A stretch of 64,000 nt of DNA, taken from Bryobacterales bacterium (GTDB taxonomy: Bacteria; Acidobacteriota; Terriglobia; Bryobacterales; UBA6623). A model generated the notes under the pieces. It had not been told where the DNA came from, made no database searches, and worked only from the letters and a program-made list of their open reading frames with translations. Location: NCBI GenBank assembly GCA_963422305.1, contig OY729422.1, positions 4,076,696 through 4,140,695 of the forward strand, written 5' to 3'. Shown piece after piece: positions 18,778-28,648 of the stretch (the first letter of the stretch is position 1; each line of letters starts with the position of its first letter). The translations under genes were made by a program, and so were the position numbers.

Positions 18778-19464
18778 TCAAATCCAATAAAGCCAATCGA
18801 CCGCGAATCTCAAAATCGGCCAGAACAACCGTCCGAAGAACGACCACGCCGCCAATAAACCCAACAAACCGAAAGTCGAATCGCGGCTGAAGTCGAACCA
18901 AGCGCGGGCGCGCCGTTCCGACATGAACAGGCCCAGAACTGTATTGCCGTCGAGCGGAGGAACCGGCAGCAGATTGAACGTCATCAGCAGAATGTTTTGA
19001 GTGAACAGGATGCTGATAAAGAAAGCAAGCGGCTCGAAGTCTCCCTGCCCCTCGACTACATGAAAAAAGGTAATCGAGTCCGGGATCGTAAAGAAATCAA
19101 GCCATAACCCGATGTTGATGACGACAGCAGCCAGAATCGCCAGCAGAAAATTTACGGCGGGTCCGGCTAACGCCATCCACCCGGCCCGATGCGGGTAGCG
19201 CTGCTCCCACAACGGATTGTAAGGCGCCGACGCCCACCCGAGCATCCAGTTTTGCAGCGCAAACGTCAACAGCGGAACCGCGACCGTCCCCATCGGCGAT
19301 CTGCGTATATGAGGGACCGGATTCAGCGTCACCTGGCCGCCCGCCGCGGCGGTGTCATCGCCGCCCTGCAGCGCAACCCATGCGTGAGCGGCTTCGTGGC
19401 ACGTAAGCGACAGCAGAAAAGCGACGTACCAAAGCGCTCCGATGGCCAGTTGTTCGGAGTTCAT
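18778..19464 (-). CDS. Site-2 protease family (peptidase M50) intramembrane metalloprotease
   Basis: HEAAHAW (HExxH) sits inside the first TM helix, and the protein is polytopic. The start is taken at MNSEQLAIG (19464). Confidence 0.8.
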   Translation of the reverse strand: MNSEQLAIGALWYVAFLLSLTCHEAAHAWVALQGGDDTAAAGGQVTLNPVPHIRRSPMGTVAVPLLTFALQNWMLGWASAPYNPLWEQRYPHRAGWMALAGPAVNFLLAILAAVVINIGLWLDFFTIPDSITFFHVVEGQGDFEPLAFFISILFTQNILLMTFNLLPVPPLDGNTVLGLFMSERRARAWFDFSRDSTFGLLGLLAAWSFFGRLFWPILRFAVDWLYWI

Positions 19465-19812
19465 GCACGATTCCAGCAGTCCGTGGCGAAGGCGTCGTAA
19501 AAGGCGCAGCGGGCGCCTGGGGTCGTTCGGTGAGGAGGGAAGAGGGAGGCGATCCGGGAAATCGCCATCGACGGACGACGAAGTTGACGGTCGCAAATGC
19601 GTCTTGCCGGTCCGCGCAGCGGCGATGCCCAAAGGGTTACGCGCCTCTGCTCACCGGCCGAGCAAAGAGCACAGCGACGAGTTCCTTGAGCGGCCCCGCG
19701 ATACTGGATCGGCGCCAAGACGCGTAACGCCGTCTGCGTGACTTGCACCACAGGCTGATAGTGTAGCGCGCCGTCTGCGCCGGTTCGATATACTAGCGGT
19801 TTCAAGATATCG

Positions 19813-20592
19813 ATGGTTTATTACCGCCAGCGGCGCATGCCGTCGGGGTTCGGCATGGTTCCGCCAACCCCGCTCGGTATCAAAAGGCTCCTGTGGATCA
19901 ACGCCGGAATCTGGTTTTTGTTCGCGCTCGCCCACGCCGCAGGCATCCGTCCCTTGATAGCGGTTTTCCGCTGGCTGAGTCTGACGCCGAGCGACGTCAT
20001 TCGCGGCGCTATCTGGCAGCCGCTGACTTATATGTTTCTACACGACCCATCGGGTCTCTGGCACGTGGGCTTGAATCTGTTTGCCCTGTGGATGTTCGGG
20101 GGAACGCTGGAGCGCGACTGGGGAACCCGCCGGTTCTTGAACTTCTATCTGCTGTGCGGCGTCGGCGCCGGATTCGCCGATGTCGTGCTGCGGCTCATGA
20201 TGGGAACATCCGCCGTAGCAACGGTAGGAGCATCCGGAGCGGTGCTCGCCATTGTCGCCGCCTTCGCGGTGATGTATCCCCACACGCCGATTCTCATTTC
20301 GTTCATTCTGCCTGTGCCCGCATGGATTGTCGCGGCAGCCTACGCCGCGATTAACCTGTTAGGAGCAGTCAGCGATTTTTCCCGCGGAGGCAACCCGAAC
20401 AACACCGCATTCACCGTCCACTTGGCCGGCATGGCGCTGGGCTACTACTGCGTACGATACCGCCCGAAGTTGCTGGACATCGACTGGCAATCGACATACA
20501 GACAATGGCGGCTGCGCCGCTCGCGCAAACGGTTCGAAGTCTATATGAAGAAACGGGATTCCTCCGGGAGAGACGGACCTTGGGTCAACTGA
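19813..20592 (+). CDS. Rhomboid-family intramembrane serine protease
   Basis: WQPLTYMFLHDPSGLWHVGLNLFALWMFG, a GASGAV (GxSG) catalytic motif, a downstream TM His (FTVHLAGMALG), and 6-7 TM helices. Confidence 0.85.
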   Translation: MVYYRQRRMPSGFGMVPPTPLGIKRLLWINAGIWFLFALAHAAGIRPLIAVFRWLSLTPSDVIRGAIWQPLTYMFLHDPSGLWHVGLNLFALWMFGGTLERDWGTRRFLNFYLLCGVGAGFADVVLRLMMGTSAVATVGASGAVLAIVAAFAVMYPHTPILISFILPVPAWIVAAAYAAINLLGAVSDFSRGGNPNNTAFTVHLAGMALGYYCVRYRPKLLDIDWQSTYRQWRLRRSRKRFEVYMKKRDSSGRDGPWVN

Positions 20593-20663
20593 TGCATTCT
20601 CCCTCCGCGGTAGGAGGTTGACTCCCCTTACTCGCGCCCCTAGAATTGTGGTTAGGAGTCACT

Positions 20664-20882
20664 ATGTTATCTATCGGAACATCGCCGGCGTTTATCTTCG
20701 GGCCGTTCAGCATGAACGAGTTGCTGGTCGTCCTGCTGATCGCACTGATTTTCTTTGGCGGAAAAAAGATACCGGAAATCGGACGCGGCCTCGGCGACGG
20801 CATCCGGCAATTCAAGTCTTCTCTCAAAGGCGGGGACGACGAAGACAAAGCAGCGGACGAAAAGAAGAGCGAAGCCTTGTAG
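20664..20882 (+). CDS. tatA: Twin-arginine translocase subunit TatA/E
   Basis: ELLVVLLIALIFFGGKKIPEIGRGLGDGIRQFKSSLKG is the canonical TatA TM plus amphipathic helix. AGGAG lies at 20654-20658, 5 nt before ATG 20664. Confidence 0.85.
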   Translation: MLSIGTSPAFIFGPFSMNELLVVLLIALIFFGGKKIPEIGRGLGDGIRQFKSSLKGGDDEDKAADEKKSEAL

Positions 20883-20957
20883 AGCCTGCTACCATTCGGC
20901 GAATCGAGCGGCAGTCGCACGCCAAACTCGGGCGCTGCTTCCCGACGATCATGGCGT

Positions 20958-21242
20958 TTACCCCGCGATCGCGTCCTTGCAGGCCTTGGCGAGACGCATT
21001 TTCACGACCTGCTTTGCCGGGATCTGGATGGATTCTCCTGTCGCCGGGTTGCGGCCCATGCGGGCCTCGCGGTCGGATTTCACCAAGCGTCCAATTCCCG
21101 GAATGATGAACACGCCGTTTTCCTTCGTCTCAGCGACCGCGAGAGTGGCAAGCTCGTCGAGCAGTCCTTTCACAACCTTCTTGTTGAGGTCACAAGACTC
21201 CGCCAGCTTGGCGACGACTTGAGCCTGTGTCAAATTTGCCAT
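20958..21242 (-). CDS. hup: Nucleoid-associated DNA-binding protein HU
   Basis: MANLTQAQVVAKLAE...FIIPGIGRLVKSDREARMGRNPATGESIQIPAKQVVKMRLAK (94 aa). An AAGGAGA Shine-Dalgarno sequence precedes ATG 21242. Confidence 0.9.
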   Translation of the reverse strand: MANLTQAQVVAKLAESCDLNKKVVKGLLDELATLAVAETKENGVFIIPGIGRLVKSDREARMGRNPATGESIQIPAKQVVKMRLAKACKDAIAG

Positions 21243-21332
21243 GTATTCTCCTTGTGATGCTCCGGCCTGTTGGTCGGATTTCAAGACATTTACGCAGTAA
21301 AATGGTTTACATACGCATTTCTATCATAAGCA

Positions 21333-21362
21333 AGATGAACCGGCGTTAGCAAGAGGAAAATT
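21333..21362 (-). promoter_or_regulatory. Candidate hup promoter
   Basis: The minus strand reads TTGCTA (21362-21357), an 18-nt spacer, then TATGAT (21338-21333), in an AT-rich spacer about 90 nt upstream of hup. Confidence 0.3.
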
Positions 21363-21491
21363 TCTAAAATCCCTAATTTTAATGGCCTTTGGGCTTTCTA
21401 AGGCGCTCGAATCCTTGCTTCGATCGAGCGTCTGCTTGTCGCCGGGCCGAATCTTATACTGGATCGAGAGAAAGAAGGACCCCCAGGCGTC

Positions 21492-22856
21492 GTGGTCGAT
21501 CGAAAGACGGCAAAACCGATCCACGTGATCGGTGGAGGACTTGCAGGCCCCGAGGCCGCGCTGCAAATCGCGCGGCAGAGCCTCTCGGTCGTTCTTCATG
21601 AGATGCGGCCTGACTGCAAGACTCCCGCTCACCGCACGGGCGACTTCGGGGAGCTCGTCTGCAGCAACTCATTGAAGACGGAAAAGCAAGGCAGCGCACC
21701 AAGGCTGCTCAAAGAAGAATTGCGCCGCATGAGATCCGTCTCGATGGAAATCGCAGCTGCGGTCCGCGTACCCGCGGGACATGCGCTCACAGTCGATCGC
21801 GAGTTGTTTTCCGCGCGGATGAATGCCGCAATCGCTTCCGAACCGCTCATCGAAGTCCGTCGCGGCGAAGTTGCCGAACTGCCCGGAAATGACGACGCCG
21901 TACGAGTAGTCGCCTCGGGACCTCTGACCAGCGATGCGTTGGCCGCGTCCATCGAAAAACTGACAGGACAAGGAAGGCTTTATTTCTTCGATGCGATCAG
22001 CCCGGTCGTCGACGCCGAGACGATCGACATGTCAATTGCCTACGAAGCTTCGCGTTATGGGGATTCAATCGACGGCAGTGACGATTACGTCAACTGCCCG
22101 TTCAACCGAGATCAGTACTTAGCCTTCTATAAGGCGCTCACCTGTTCGGAACAGCATCACGCGAAGGAGTTTGACAATCCGAACTATTTCCAAGGTTGTC
22201 TGCCTATCGAGGAGATGGCGCGACGCGGCGTGGACACGCTGCGCTTCGGACCGATGAAGCCGGTCGGTCTGCGGGACCCGCGCACGGGCAAAGACGCCTA
22301 TGCGGTGGCGCAACTCCGCAGGGAAAACCTGCGGGCCGGTTCGTACAACATCGTAGGGTTCCAGAATCATCTCAAATACAGCGAGCAGAAACGAGTCCTG
22401 CGCATGATCCCAGGCCTGGAGAGGGCGGAGTTCCTGCGCTACGGACAGATCCACCGCAACACGTACATCAACGCGCCCGCGCTTTTGGCGCCGACGCTGC
22501 AACTCGAATCGCATCCGCGCATTCTTTTCGCGGGCCAGATCTCGGGCGTCGAGGGATACGTCGAGGCAATGTCCACGGGGCTGATAGCGGGCTGGAACGC
22601 CGCCAGGCTGGCCCGCGGCCAAGATCCCTTCATCTGGCCCGCGGTGACCGCGCACGGCTCGCTCGCGCGGTACATCTCGGGCGCCAACCCCGACAACTAC
22701 CAGCCGGCAAACATTACCTTCGATCTCTTGCCGCCTTTGGCACTTGAAGATCGCCGACGCATTGGGCGCGACAGAAAAGCCCGTCGTCGGCGCCAATGCG
22801 ACCTCGGCCTCGAAGCCCTCCATGATTTCCTGCAGCAGCATGAAGCCTTCTCCTGA
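21492..22856 (+). CDS. trmFO: Methylenetetrahydrofolate--tRNA-(uracil54-C5)-methyltransferase (FAD-dependent)
   Basis: IHVIGGGLAGPEAALQIA dinucleotide-binding N-terminus, ...ELVCSNSLK..., ...GFQNHLKYSEQKRVLRMIPGLERAEFLRYGQIHRNTYI. The trmFO-xerC synteny is conserved in many phyla. Confidence 0.9.
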   Translation: MVDRKTAKPIHVIGGGLAGPEAALQIARQSLSVVLHEMRPDCKTPAHRTGDFGELVCSNSLKTEKQGSAPRLLKEELRRMRSVSMEIAAAVRVPAGHALTVDRELFSARMNAAIASEPLIEVRRGEVAELPGNDDAVRVVASGPLTSDALAASIEKLTGQGRLYFFDAISPVVDAETIDMSIAYEASRYGDSIDGSDDYVNCPFNRDQYLAFYKALTCSEQHHAKEFDNPNYFQGCLPIEEMARRGVDTLRFGPMKPVGLRDPRTGKDAYAVAQLRRENLRAGSYNIVGFQNHLKYSEQKRVLRMIPGLERAEFLRYGQIHRNTYINAPALLAPTLQLESHPRILFAGQISGVEGYVEAMSTGLIAGWNAARLARGQDPFIWPAVTAHGSLARYISGANPDNYQPANITFDLLPPLALEDRRRIGRDRKARRRRQCDLGLEALHDFLQQHEAFS

Positions 22857-23778
22857 CTCCCCGCCGACGGCGGCCGTCGACCTCTTCCTCGCTTCGCTGA
22901 GGCTGCGCAACGCTTCGCCCAACACTATCCGCGGCTACCGGACGGACTTGCTCGCCTTCACCGGATACTTCGCCGTCCGCGATGCGGATCCGGCGGAATT
23001 TGCGAAATTCACGCGGCTGAATATCCGCGAATACATGGCGGACGGCTTCGCCCGCGGACACAGTCAGGCCACCGTAGCGAGACGCCTTTCGAGCGTACGA
23101 GCCTTCTACGATTTCCTGGTTCGTGAGGAAGGTCTGGCCGCCAACCCGGCGCGCCTGGTTGCAACGCCGAAGATTCCCAAGAAACTGCCCGCGGTCCTGT
23201 CGACCGAGGATGCGAACCAATTGATCGACGGCATCGTGTATCGCGAGGGCCGCGACCGTTTTCCAAACAAGGTTGTCCGCGACAGATTGATTTTCGAGCT
23301 TCTCTACGGCACAGGTCTGCGCGCCGGCGAGTTGGCCGACCTCAATACCAGTGATATCGACCGCCGGGACCGCTGGCTCCGTGTCCGCGGCAAAGGCCGC
23401 AAGGAACGGCAAGTTCCTTACGGCCCAAACGCCGCTGCGGCACTGGAGCGCTACCTACGGATCCGCGAGCGGCTGCAGGCGCCGCCGAGAGCCTCCGCAC
23501 TATTGCTGCACAAGTGGGGCGGCTCGCTGCGACGGCTTACGGTGCGGTCGATCGGCGGCATCGTCAAAAAATACGCGCTGGCGCTCAACGGCGACCCATC
23601 GCTGCACCCGCACTCCCTGCGGCATGCTTTTGCGACGCACCTGCTGACCGAAGGGGCGGACCTGCGCGCGATCCAGGAGCTTCTCGGCCACGCCAACCTG
23701 TCGACAACCCAACGCTACACCAGGCTGTCGCTCCAAAAACTGATGGAAGTTTACGACGCGGCGCACCCGAAGGCGTAA
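22840..23778 (+). CDS. xerC: Tyrosine recombinase XerC/XerD family
   Basis: The C-terminal catalytic region reads HSLRHAFATHLLTEGADLRAIQELLGHANLSTTQRYT. The N-terminal SAM-like domain reads FLASLRLRNASPNTIRGYRTDL. The start is set at ATG 22840, a 17-nt overlap with trmFO; 22744 is the ORF maximum. Confidence 0.85.
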   Translation: MKPSPDSPPTAAVDLFLASLRLRNASPNTIRGYRTDLLAFTGYFAVRDADPAEFAKFTRLNIREYMADGFARGHSQATVARRLSSVRAFYDFLVREEGLAANPARLVATPKIPKKLPAVLSTEDANQLIDGIVYREGRDRFPNKVVRDRLIFELLYGTGLRAGELADLNTSDIDRRDRWLRVRGKGRKERQVPYGPNAAAALERYLRIRERLQAPPRASALLLHKWGGSLRRLTVRSIGGIVKKYALALNGDPSLHPHSLRHAFATHLLTEGADLRAIQELLGHANLSTTQRYTRLSLQKLMEVYDAAHPKA

Positions 23779-23869
23779 AGGAGTCTGGCAGTAAACGTCC
23801 CGCGGCAGACAACAGACTTCGGAATTGCCGCGGAAACCCAATGTTATGCTGAAATTTCCGCCACCCGCC

Positions 23870-25318
23870 ATGCCCAAGCGAACGCTGTTTCTGAATCCAC
23901 CCTCGTTTGAGGGATTCGACGGCGGCGCCGGGTCCCGTTGGCCGGCTACACGCGAGATCGAATCGTACTGGTATCCCGTATGGCTGTGCTATCCCGCGGG
24001 AATGCTGGCCGACAGCAAGGTCGTGGACGCCCCCCCACACGGTATTACCCCCGACCGGACCATCGCCATGGCCGGCGACTTCGAATTCTTGGTTTTGTTC
24101 ACCTCAACGCCCGGATTCCGCAGCGACTGCTTGCTCGTCGAGCGCATGAAGGCGGTCAACCCTCACCTCGAAGTGTGCTTCGTCGGTCCACACGCGGGGA
24201 CCCTGCCCGAAGACAGTCTCAATGCCTGCGGCGCCATCGATTTCATCATCCGAAAGGAATTCGACTATCAGGTCGTTGCGTTCGCCAACGGCAGCCCCGC
24301 ATCGGAGTTGGGCGGCGTCAGCTTCCGCCAAAACGGCAACGGCAAGAGTATCGTCCACAACCCGGACGCGCCGCAGGTGGAAGACCTCGACGCGCTGCCC
24401 TGGGTTTCGAAGGTGTTCAAGCGAGACTTACAGATCGAACGTTACAACGTTCCCTTTCTGAAGCACCCGTACGTCTCGTTTTACACCGAGCGCGGCTGCC
24501 CCGCCCTGTGTACATTCTGCCTGTGGCCGCAAACTTTATCGGGCCACCGCTGGCGGATCCGCTCCGCCGATGACGTCGCCGCCGAAGTGCAGTGGACGCT
24601 CGAGAACTTCCCCGGCATCCAAGAAATCTTCTTCGACGACGATACGTTCAATATCCGCAAGGAGCGTGTCATCAAGCTGTGCGCCAAGTTGAAGACCCTC
24701 GATTTCACTTGGTCCTGCACCTCGCGCGTCAATGTCGACTACGAAACATTGAAGGCCATGAAAGACGCGGGCTGTCGCCTGATGATCGTCGGCTATGAAT
24801 CCGGCGACCCGCAGATTCTTAAAAACATCAAGAAAGGCGCGACGGTCGAGCGGGCGATTCAATTCACGAAAGACGCCCACAAACTCGGCTTGGTCATCCA
24901 CGGCGACTTCATCGTGGGACTGCCGGGCGAAACGCGCGAAACTATACGCCGCTCCCTCGACTTCGCGAAACGCCTCGATACCGAAACGATTCAGGTATCC
25001 GTGGCGCACCCTTACCCGGGAACCGAGTTCTACGACTATGTCCGGCGCAACGACTTGATCACCGCCGACTCGATGACCGACGAAACAGGCCATCAGTTGC
25101 CCAATATCCGCTACGCCGACCTCGATCAGGCCGAGATGATGGAATGGGTCGAACGTTTCTATGACGAGTATTATTTCCGGCCGAAAGCTGCTTGGCGCAT
25201 CGTTCGCAAAGCGGTTTTCGATCGCAAAGATCGCCGCCGTCTATACAAAGAAGCCCGTGAGTACTTGGCGCTGCGGTCGAAGCGCAAGAAATACGTCAGC
25301 GAACAGCGTAGCGCATAA
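23870..25318 (+). CDS. hpnJ: B12-binding-domain radical SAM enzyme, HpnJ-like (hopanoid-associated)
   Basis: KRTLFLNPPSFEGFDGGAGSRWPATREIESYWYPVWL matches my memory of the HpnJ N-terminus. The radical SAM cluster motif is CPALCTFC (CxxxCxxC). The start is uncertain: 23846 or 23870. Confidence 0.7.
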   Translation: MPKRTLFLNPPSFEGFDGGAGSRWPATREIESYWYPVWLCYPAGMLADSKVVDAPPHGITPDRTIAMAGDFEFLVLFTSTPGFRSDCLLVERMKAVNPHLEVCFVGPHAGTLPEDSLNACGAIDFIIRKEFDYQVVAFANGSPASELGGVSFRQNGNGKSIVHNPDAPQVEDLDALPWVSKVFKRDLQIERYNVPFLKHPYVSFYTERGCPALCTFCLWPQTLSGHRWRIRSADDVAAEVQWTLENFPGIQEIFFDDDTFNIRKERVIKLCAKLKTLDFTWSCTSRVNVDYETLKAMKDAGCRLMIVGYESGDPQILKNIKKGATVERAIQFTKDAHKLGLVIHGDFIVGLPGETRETIRRSLDFAKRLDTETIQVSVAHPYPGTEFYDYVRRNDLITADSMTDETGHQLPNIRYADLDQAEMMEWVERFYDEYYFRPKAAWRIVRKAVFDRKDRRRLYKEAREYLALRSKRKKYVSEQRSA

Positions 25319-25323
25319 TTTCC

Positions 25324-26229
25324 ATGGATCCGCGCAGAGACAGGGCCGTCGGAGCTCTTGTGGGCTTGGCTGTGGGCGACGCCCTGGGCACGACGCTCGA
25401 ATTCTCGCCGCGCGACGCCAAGCCCCGCGTCACCGACCTTGTCGGCGGGGGGCCGTTCGATCTTGCTCCCGGCCAGTGGACCGACGATACGAGCATGGCT
25501 CTTTGCTTGGCCGAATCCATCCTCGAACGCGGCGCAATCGACCCCGAAGATTTGATGGGACGCTTCGTTGCATGGCGGCTGGAGGGGCATAACTCGGTTC
25601 TGGGTTACTGTTTCGACATCGGCCTCACCACGAGTTCTGCGCTGGAGTGCTTCCAGGAAACCGGCAACCCGCTCAGCGGCAGCGTCCACCCGCGCACGGC
25701 CGGCAACGGCTCGCTCATGCGCCTTGCCCCTGTGGCCATCCGTTGGCGCGGCGAGCCGGACAAGGCCCGCGCGGCGGCCCGGCTGCAAAGCAGGACAACA
25801 CACGGCAACGCGCAAGCGGTCGATGCCTGCGATTTCTTCGCCGGCCTGCTGGTCGAGGTGATCGGAGGCGAGCCGAAGAAGGCGCTTCTTCGACCCCGCG
25901 CCTTCGCAGGGGACAAGGCCGTCGCGGAGATCGCGGCCGGCTCATGGCGGGGCAAACGGCGGGATGAGATTTCTTCTAGTGGCTATGTCGTGCATACGCT
26001 GGAAGCGGCGCTGTGGGCCGTCGACGCGGCACAATCGTTCGAAGACGCCGTCATCGCCGCAGTCAATCTCGGCGACGACGCCGACACCGCGGGCTCCGTG
26101 ACAGGCCAACTGGCCGGCGCCCTCTGGGGCGTCTCGCGCATACCCGCCGCGTGGCTCGCAAAACTCGCCTGGCGCCGCCGGATCGAGCAACTCGCCCTGG
26201 ATCTCTTCGGCGCCGGCGAGACGAACTGA
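25324..26229 (+). CDS. ADP-ribosylglycohydrolase family protein
   Basis: RAVGALVGLAVGDALGTTLEF...GQWTDDTSMALCLAESI...NLGDDADTAGSVTGQLAGALWG, the family-defining motifs. Confidence 0.85.
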   Translation: MDPRRDRAVGALVGLAVGDALGTTLEFSPRDAKPRVTDLVGGGPFDLAPGQWTDDTSMALCLAESILERGAIDPEDLMGRFVAWRLEGHNSVLGYCFDIGLTTSSALECFQETGNPLSGSVHPRTAGNGSLMRLAPVAIRWRGEPDKARAAARLQSRTTHGNAQAVDACDFFAGLLVEVIGGEPKKALLRPRAFAGDKAVAEIAAGSWRGKRRDEISSSGYVVHTLEAALWAVDAAQSFEDAVIAAVNLGDDADTAGSVTGQLAGALWGVSRIPAAWLAKLAWRRRIEQLALDLFGAGETN

Positions 26230-26384
26230 TCCCGCAACCGCCCGCCGGACGGTCAGGCTATGGTGAGCAACAAGTTGACTTTTGTCGTGTGCATCCGCGA
26301 TGCAAGCGAAAACAATGCCCGCCGGCGCCGCCATTGAAGACTTGGTTCGCGATGAACATCTCTGTCAAGGGCGCAAAGGGAACG

Positions 26385-27722
26385 CTATCGAGACAACTCC
26401 GCAGGACTCACGCGTACGCCCCCGATATAAACCGCGTCCATCTCGCGCAGGTTGCGAATGTTCCCAAGAGGGCTCTTATTCAGAACGATCATGTCTGCGT
26501 ACTTCCCCTCGGCTAAAGTTCCGCGCTCGCGGTCAATACGAAGCGACTCCGAGGCATTCTTCGAAAACGACTGAATCACTTGCATCGGCGTAAGCCCGGC
26601 CTCAACCATCAATTCGGTCTCCCTGTGCTCGAAATAACCGGGAAACCGCCCCGGCGGCCCCGTATCTGATCCGAAGCCGATGCGAACCCCCGCGTCGGCG
26701 AGTTTCTTCAGATTGCGCATCGCCATGTGGAAACCGTCGATGTTGATCTGCCGTTCGGGATCCTTTGCCTGCGCCTCCCGAAAGTCCGTTTTCAAAGCCG
26801 CCAGCAGAGCCGTCTCCACGCGGTTCGCGAAAAACGGATCCGTTAGCCACTCCGGGCCGGCGGCGTACGCAAACGTCGATTTCTCGCGGATCAGCGTCGG
26901 CGAGTAAACCACGTTCTTCGCCAGCAAGCGCCGTATCAACGCCCCGTCGACCTCTTTGTCGCGGATGCTGTGTATGACCGCGTCGAGCCCGGCATCGACC
27001 AAACCTTTCGCGTCTTCCAGTTCATAAAGGTGGGCGGCGGCTATCAACCCGCGCTTATGCGCCTGGTCGATGATCGCTCCATAGATTTCGGGCGTGAGCT
27101 TGTCGAAAGTGTCATGGTGGTCGTCGACCCACATCTTCACGACGCGCGCACCTTTGCCGGCTAGGATGTCGACACGCTTACGCGCATCTTCCGCCGAAAT
27201 CACTTCCTGCGCCAGTCCCTTCACCCCCGGCACATGCGTCGGATATCCGTTCCGAACGGTAAAGCCTTGCAACGCCGGAACAACCCTGGCAATTCCTGTT
27301 AACGAACCGTCGTCGATCTCATCGCGGACCCCGGTGATGAGATCGAGGTCAGTGCCCATGCTCGTGGTCGTCGTCACACCGTACGCCGCGTAGGTGCGCA
27401 GGTTTTCGATCACGTTTGCCCGTGTATAGTGTTCCTGCGCCTGGACAAGACCCTTGGTCAAACCCACGTGGCCGTGCAGATTGATCATGCCCGGAATCAC
27501 CGTCTTCTCCGTGGCGTCGATCGTCTCGGCGGCGGCCGGAGCTTCGATCCGTCCGGTCGGCGCGATGCGAACGATTCGTCCGCCTTCGAGAAGCAACGCG
27601 GCATCCTGCAAGGGCGCCCCGCCACTGCCGTCGATCAACGTCGCATGTTCGATAATGACCGCCTCCTGAGCCTTCGCGACAAACGGCAGCAGGCAAAACG
27701 GAAGCAGTGCTGGAACTCTCAT
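26385..27722 (-). CDS. Secreted amidohydrolase-superfamily metallohydrolase
   Basis: Signal peptide MRVPALLPFCLLPFVAKAQ. PGMINLHGHVG metal-binding motif (HxH) and a C-terminal GSD...G region typical of amidohydrolase_1/3. Confidence 0.85.
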   Translation of the reverse strand: MRVPALLPFCLLPFVAKAQEAVIIEHATLIDGSGGAPLQDAALLLEGGRIVRIAPTGRIEAPAAAETIDATEKTVIPGMINLHGHVGLTKGLVQAQEHYTRANVIENLRTYAAYGVTTTTSMGTDLDLITGVRDEIDDGSLTGIARVVPALQGFTVRNGYPTHVPGVKGLAQEVISAEDARKRVDILAGKGARVVKMWVDDHHDTFDKLTPEIYGAIIDQAHKRGLIAAAHLYELEDAKGLVDAGLDAVIHSIRDKEVDGALIRRLLAKNVVYSPTLIREKSTFAYAAGPEWLTDPFFANRVETALLAALKTDFREAQAKDPERQINIDGFHMAMRNLKKLADAGVRIGFGSDTGPPGRFPGYFEHRETELMVEAGLTPMQVIQSFSKNASESLRIDRERGTLAEGKYADMIVLNKSPLGNIRNLREMDAVYIGGVRVSPAELSR

Positions 27723-27823
27723 GGACAGTCGGTCGGATTTTATCACAGCGCTGCTTACCGAAAACACAAGGGATGCAGTGTTCCGCCGCCAACCGATGTT
27801 AGACTAACCGAATCGGCAGCGCT

Positions 27824-28648
27824 ATGCTGATTAACTCCAACAAGTGCGTAGCATGCGCGAATTGTGTCCCCGTCTGTCCGATGGGCGCAATCTACGTTGA
27901 CCCCGCGGTCAACCGCGCCACGATCAACCAGGACGAGTGCGTCGAATGCGGCGCCTGCTTTCGAGGCATGAGCCAAGAGCATCTGAACCCGACCATGGTG
28001 CGCACCGTCCGCGCGCTCGCAAAGTTCTTTCGCTTCCGCTTCGAGCCCGAGCCCGATGTTTGCCCCACTGCCGCGTTCGAAATGAACGAGTTGGCCATGC
28101 CGCGCCTGATCCGCCGGATTTTCTCCGACCCTGTCGTCGAACACAAATCGACGGGCATCAAAGGCCGCGGCACCGAAGAAGTCAAAACCAACGACGTGAA
28201 TCCCCGCGTAGGCATCGGCGAAGTCGGCTACACCATCGAGTTCGGCCGCCCGGGCGTCGGCGTTCGTTTCCGCGATATTCAGGAAATGACCCGCTCGTTG
28301 GCGAAGCTCGACATCGTTTTCGAAGAGAAAAATCCCATCAGCCACTTGATGACCGACAAATCCTCCGGCTCGCTGCGTGAAGATATCCTCGACGAAAAGA
28401 TCCTTTCCGGGATCGTCGAGATCCGCAGCGCGCTCGACCGGGTCGAAGCAGTATGCGAGACGGTCAAAGCGGTCAACGAGCGAATCGACACAGTGACGGC
28501 CGTGGGCATCTCGACCCGCTGCGGCGAGCGGGGAGAAGACAAGTCACTCGCGCCGTTGCTGGAGGATCTCGGCTTCTCATACGAACGCGCCAAAACCAAC
28601 ATGGGCATCGGCCGCGTCACCAATGCGCAACAAAAGGAAGCCGCATGA
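27824..28648 (+). CDS. 2x[4Fe-4S] ferredoxin-domain protein with ~190-aa C-terminal domain of unknown family
   Basis: CVACANCVPVCP plus CVECGAC...(distal)CP are the two cluster motifs. I did not recognise the remainder (..GIKGRGTEEVKTNDVNPRVGIGEVGYTIEFGRPG..). Confidence 0.7.
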   Translation: MLINSNKCVACANCVPVCPMGAIYVDPAVNRATINQDECVECGACFRGMSQEHLNPTMVRTVRALAKFFRFRFEPEPDVCPTAAFEMNELAMPRLIRRIFSDPVVEHKSTGIKGRGTEEVKTNDVNPRVGIGEVGYTIEFGRPGVGVRFRDIQEMTRSLAKLDIVFEEKNPISHLMTDKSSGSLREDILDEKILSGIVEIRSALDRVEAVCETVKAVNERIDTVTAVGISTRCGERGEDKSLAPLLEDLGFSYERAKTNMGIGRVTNAQQKEAA

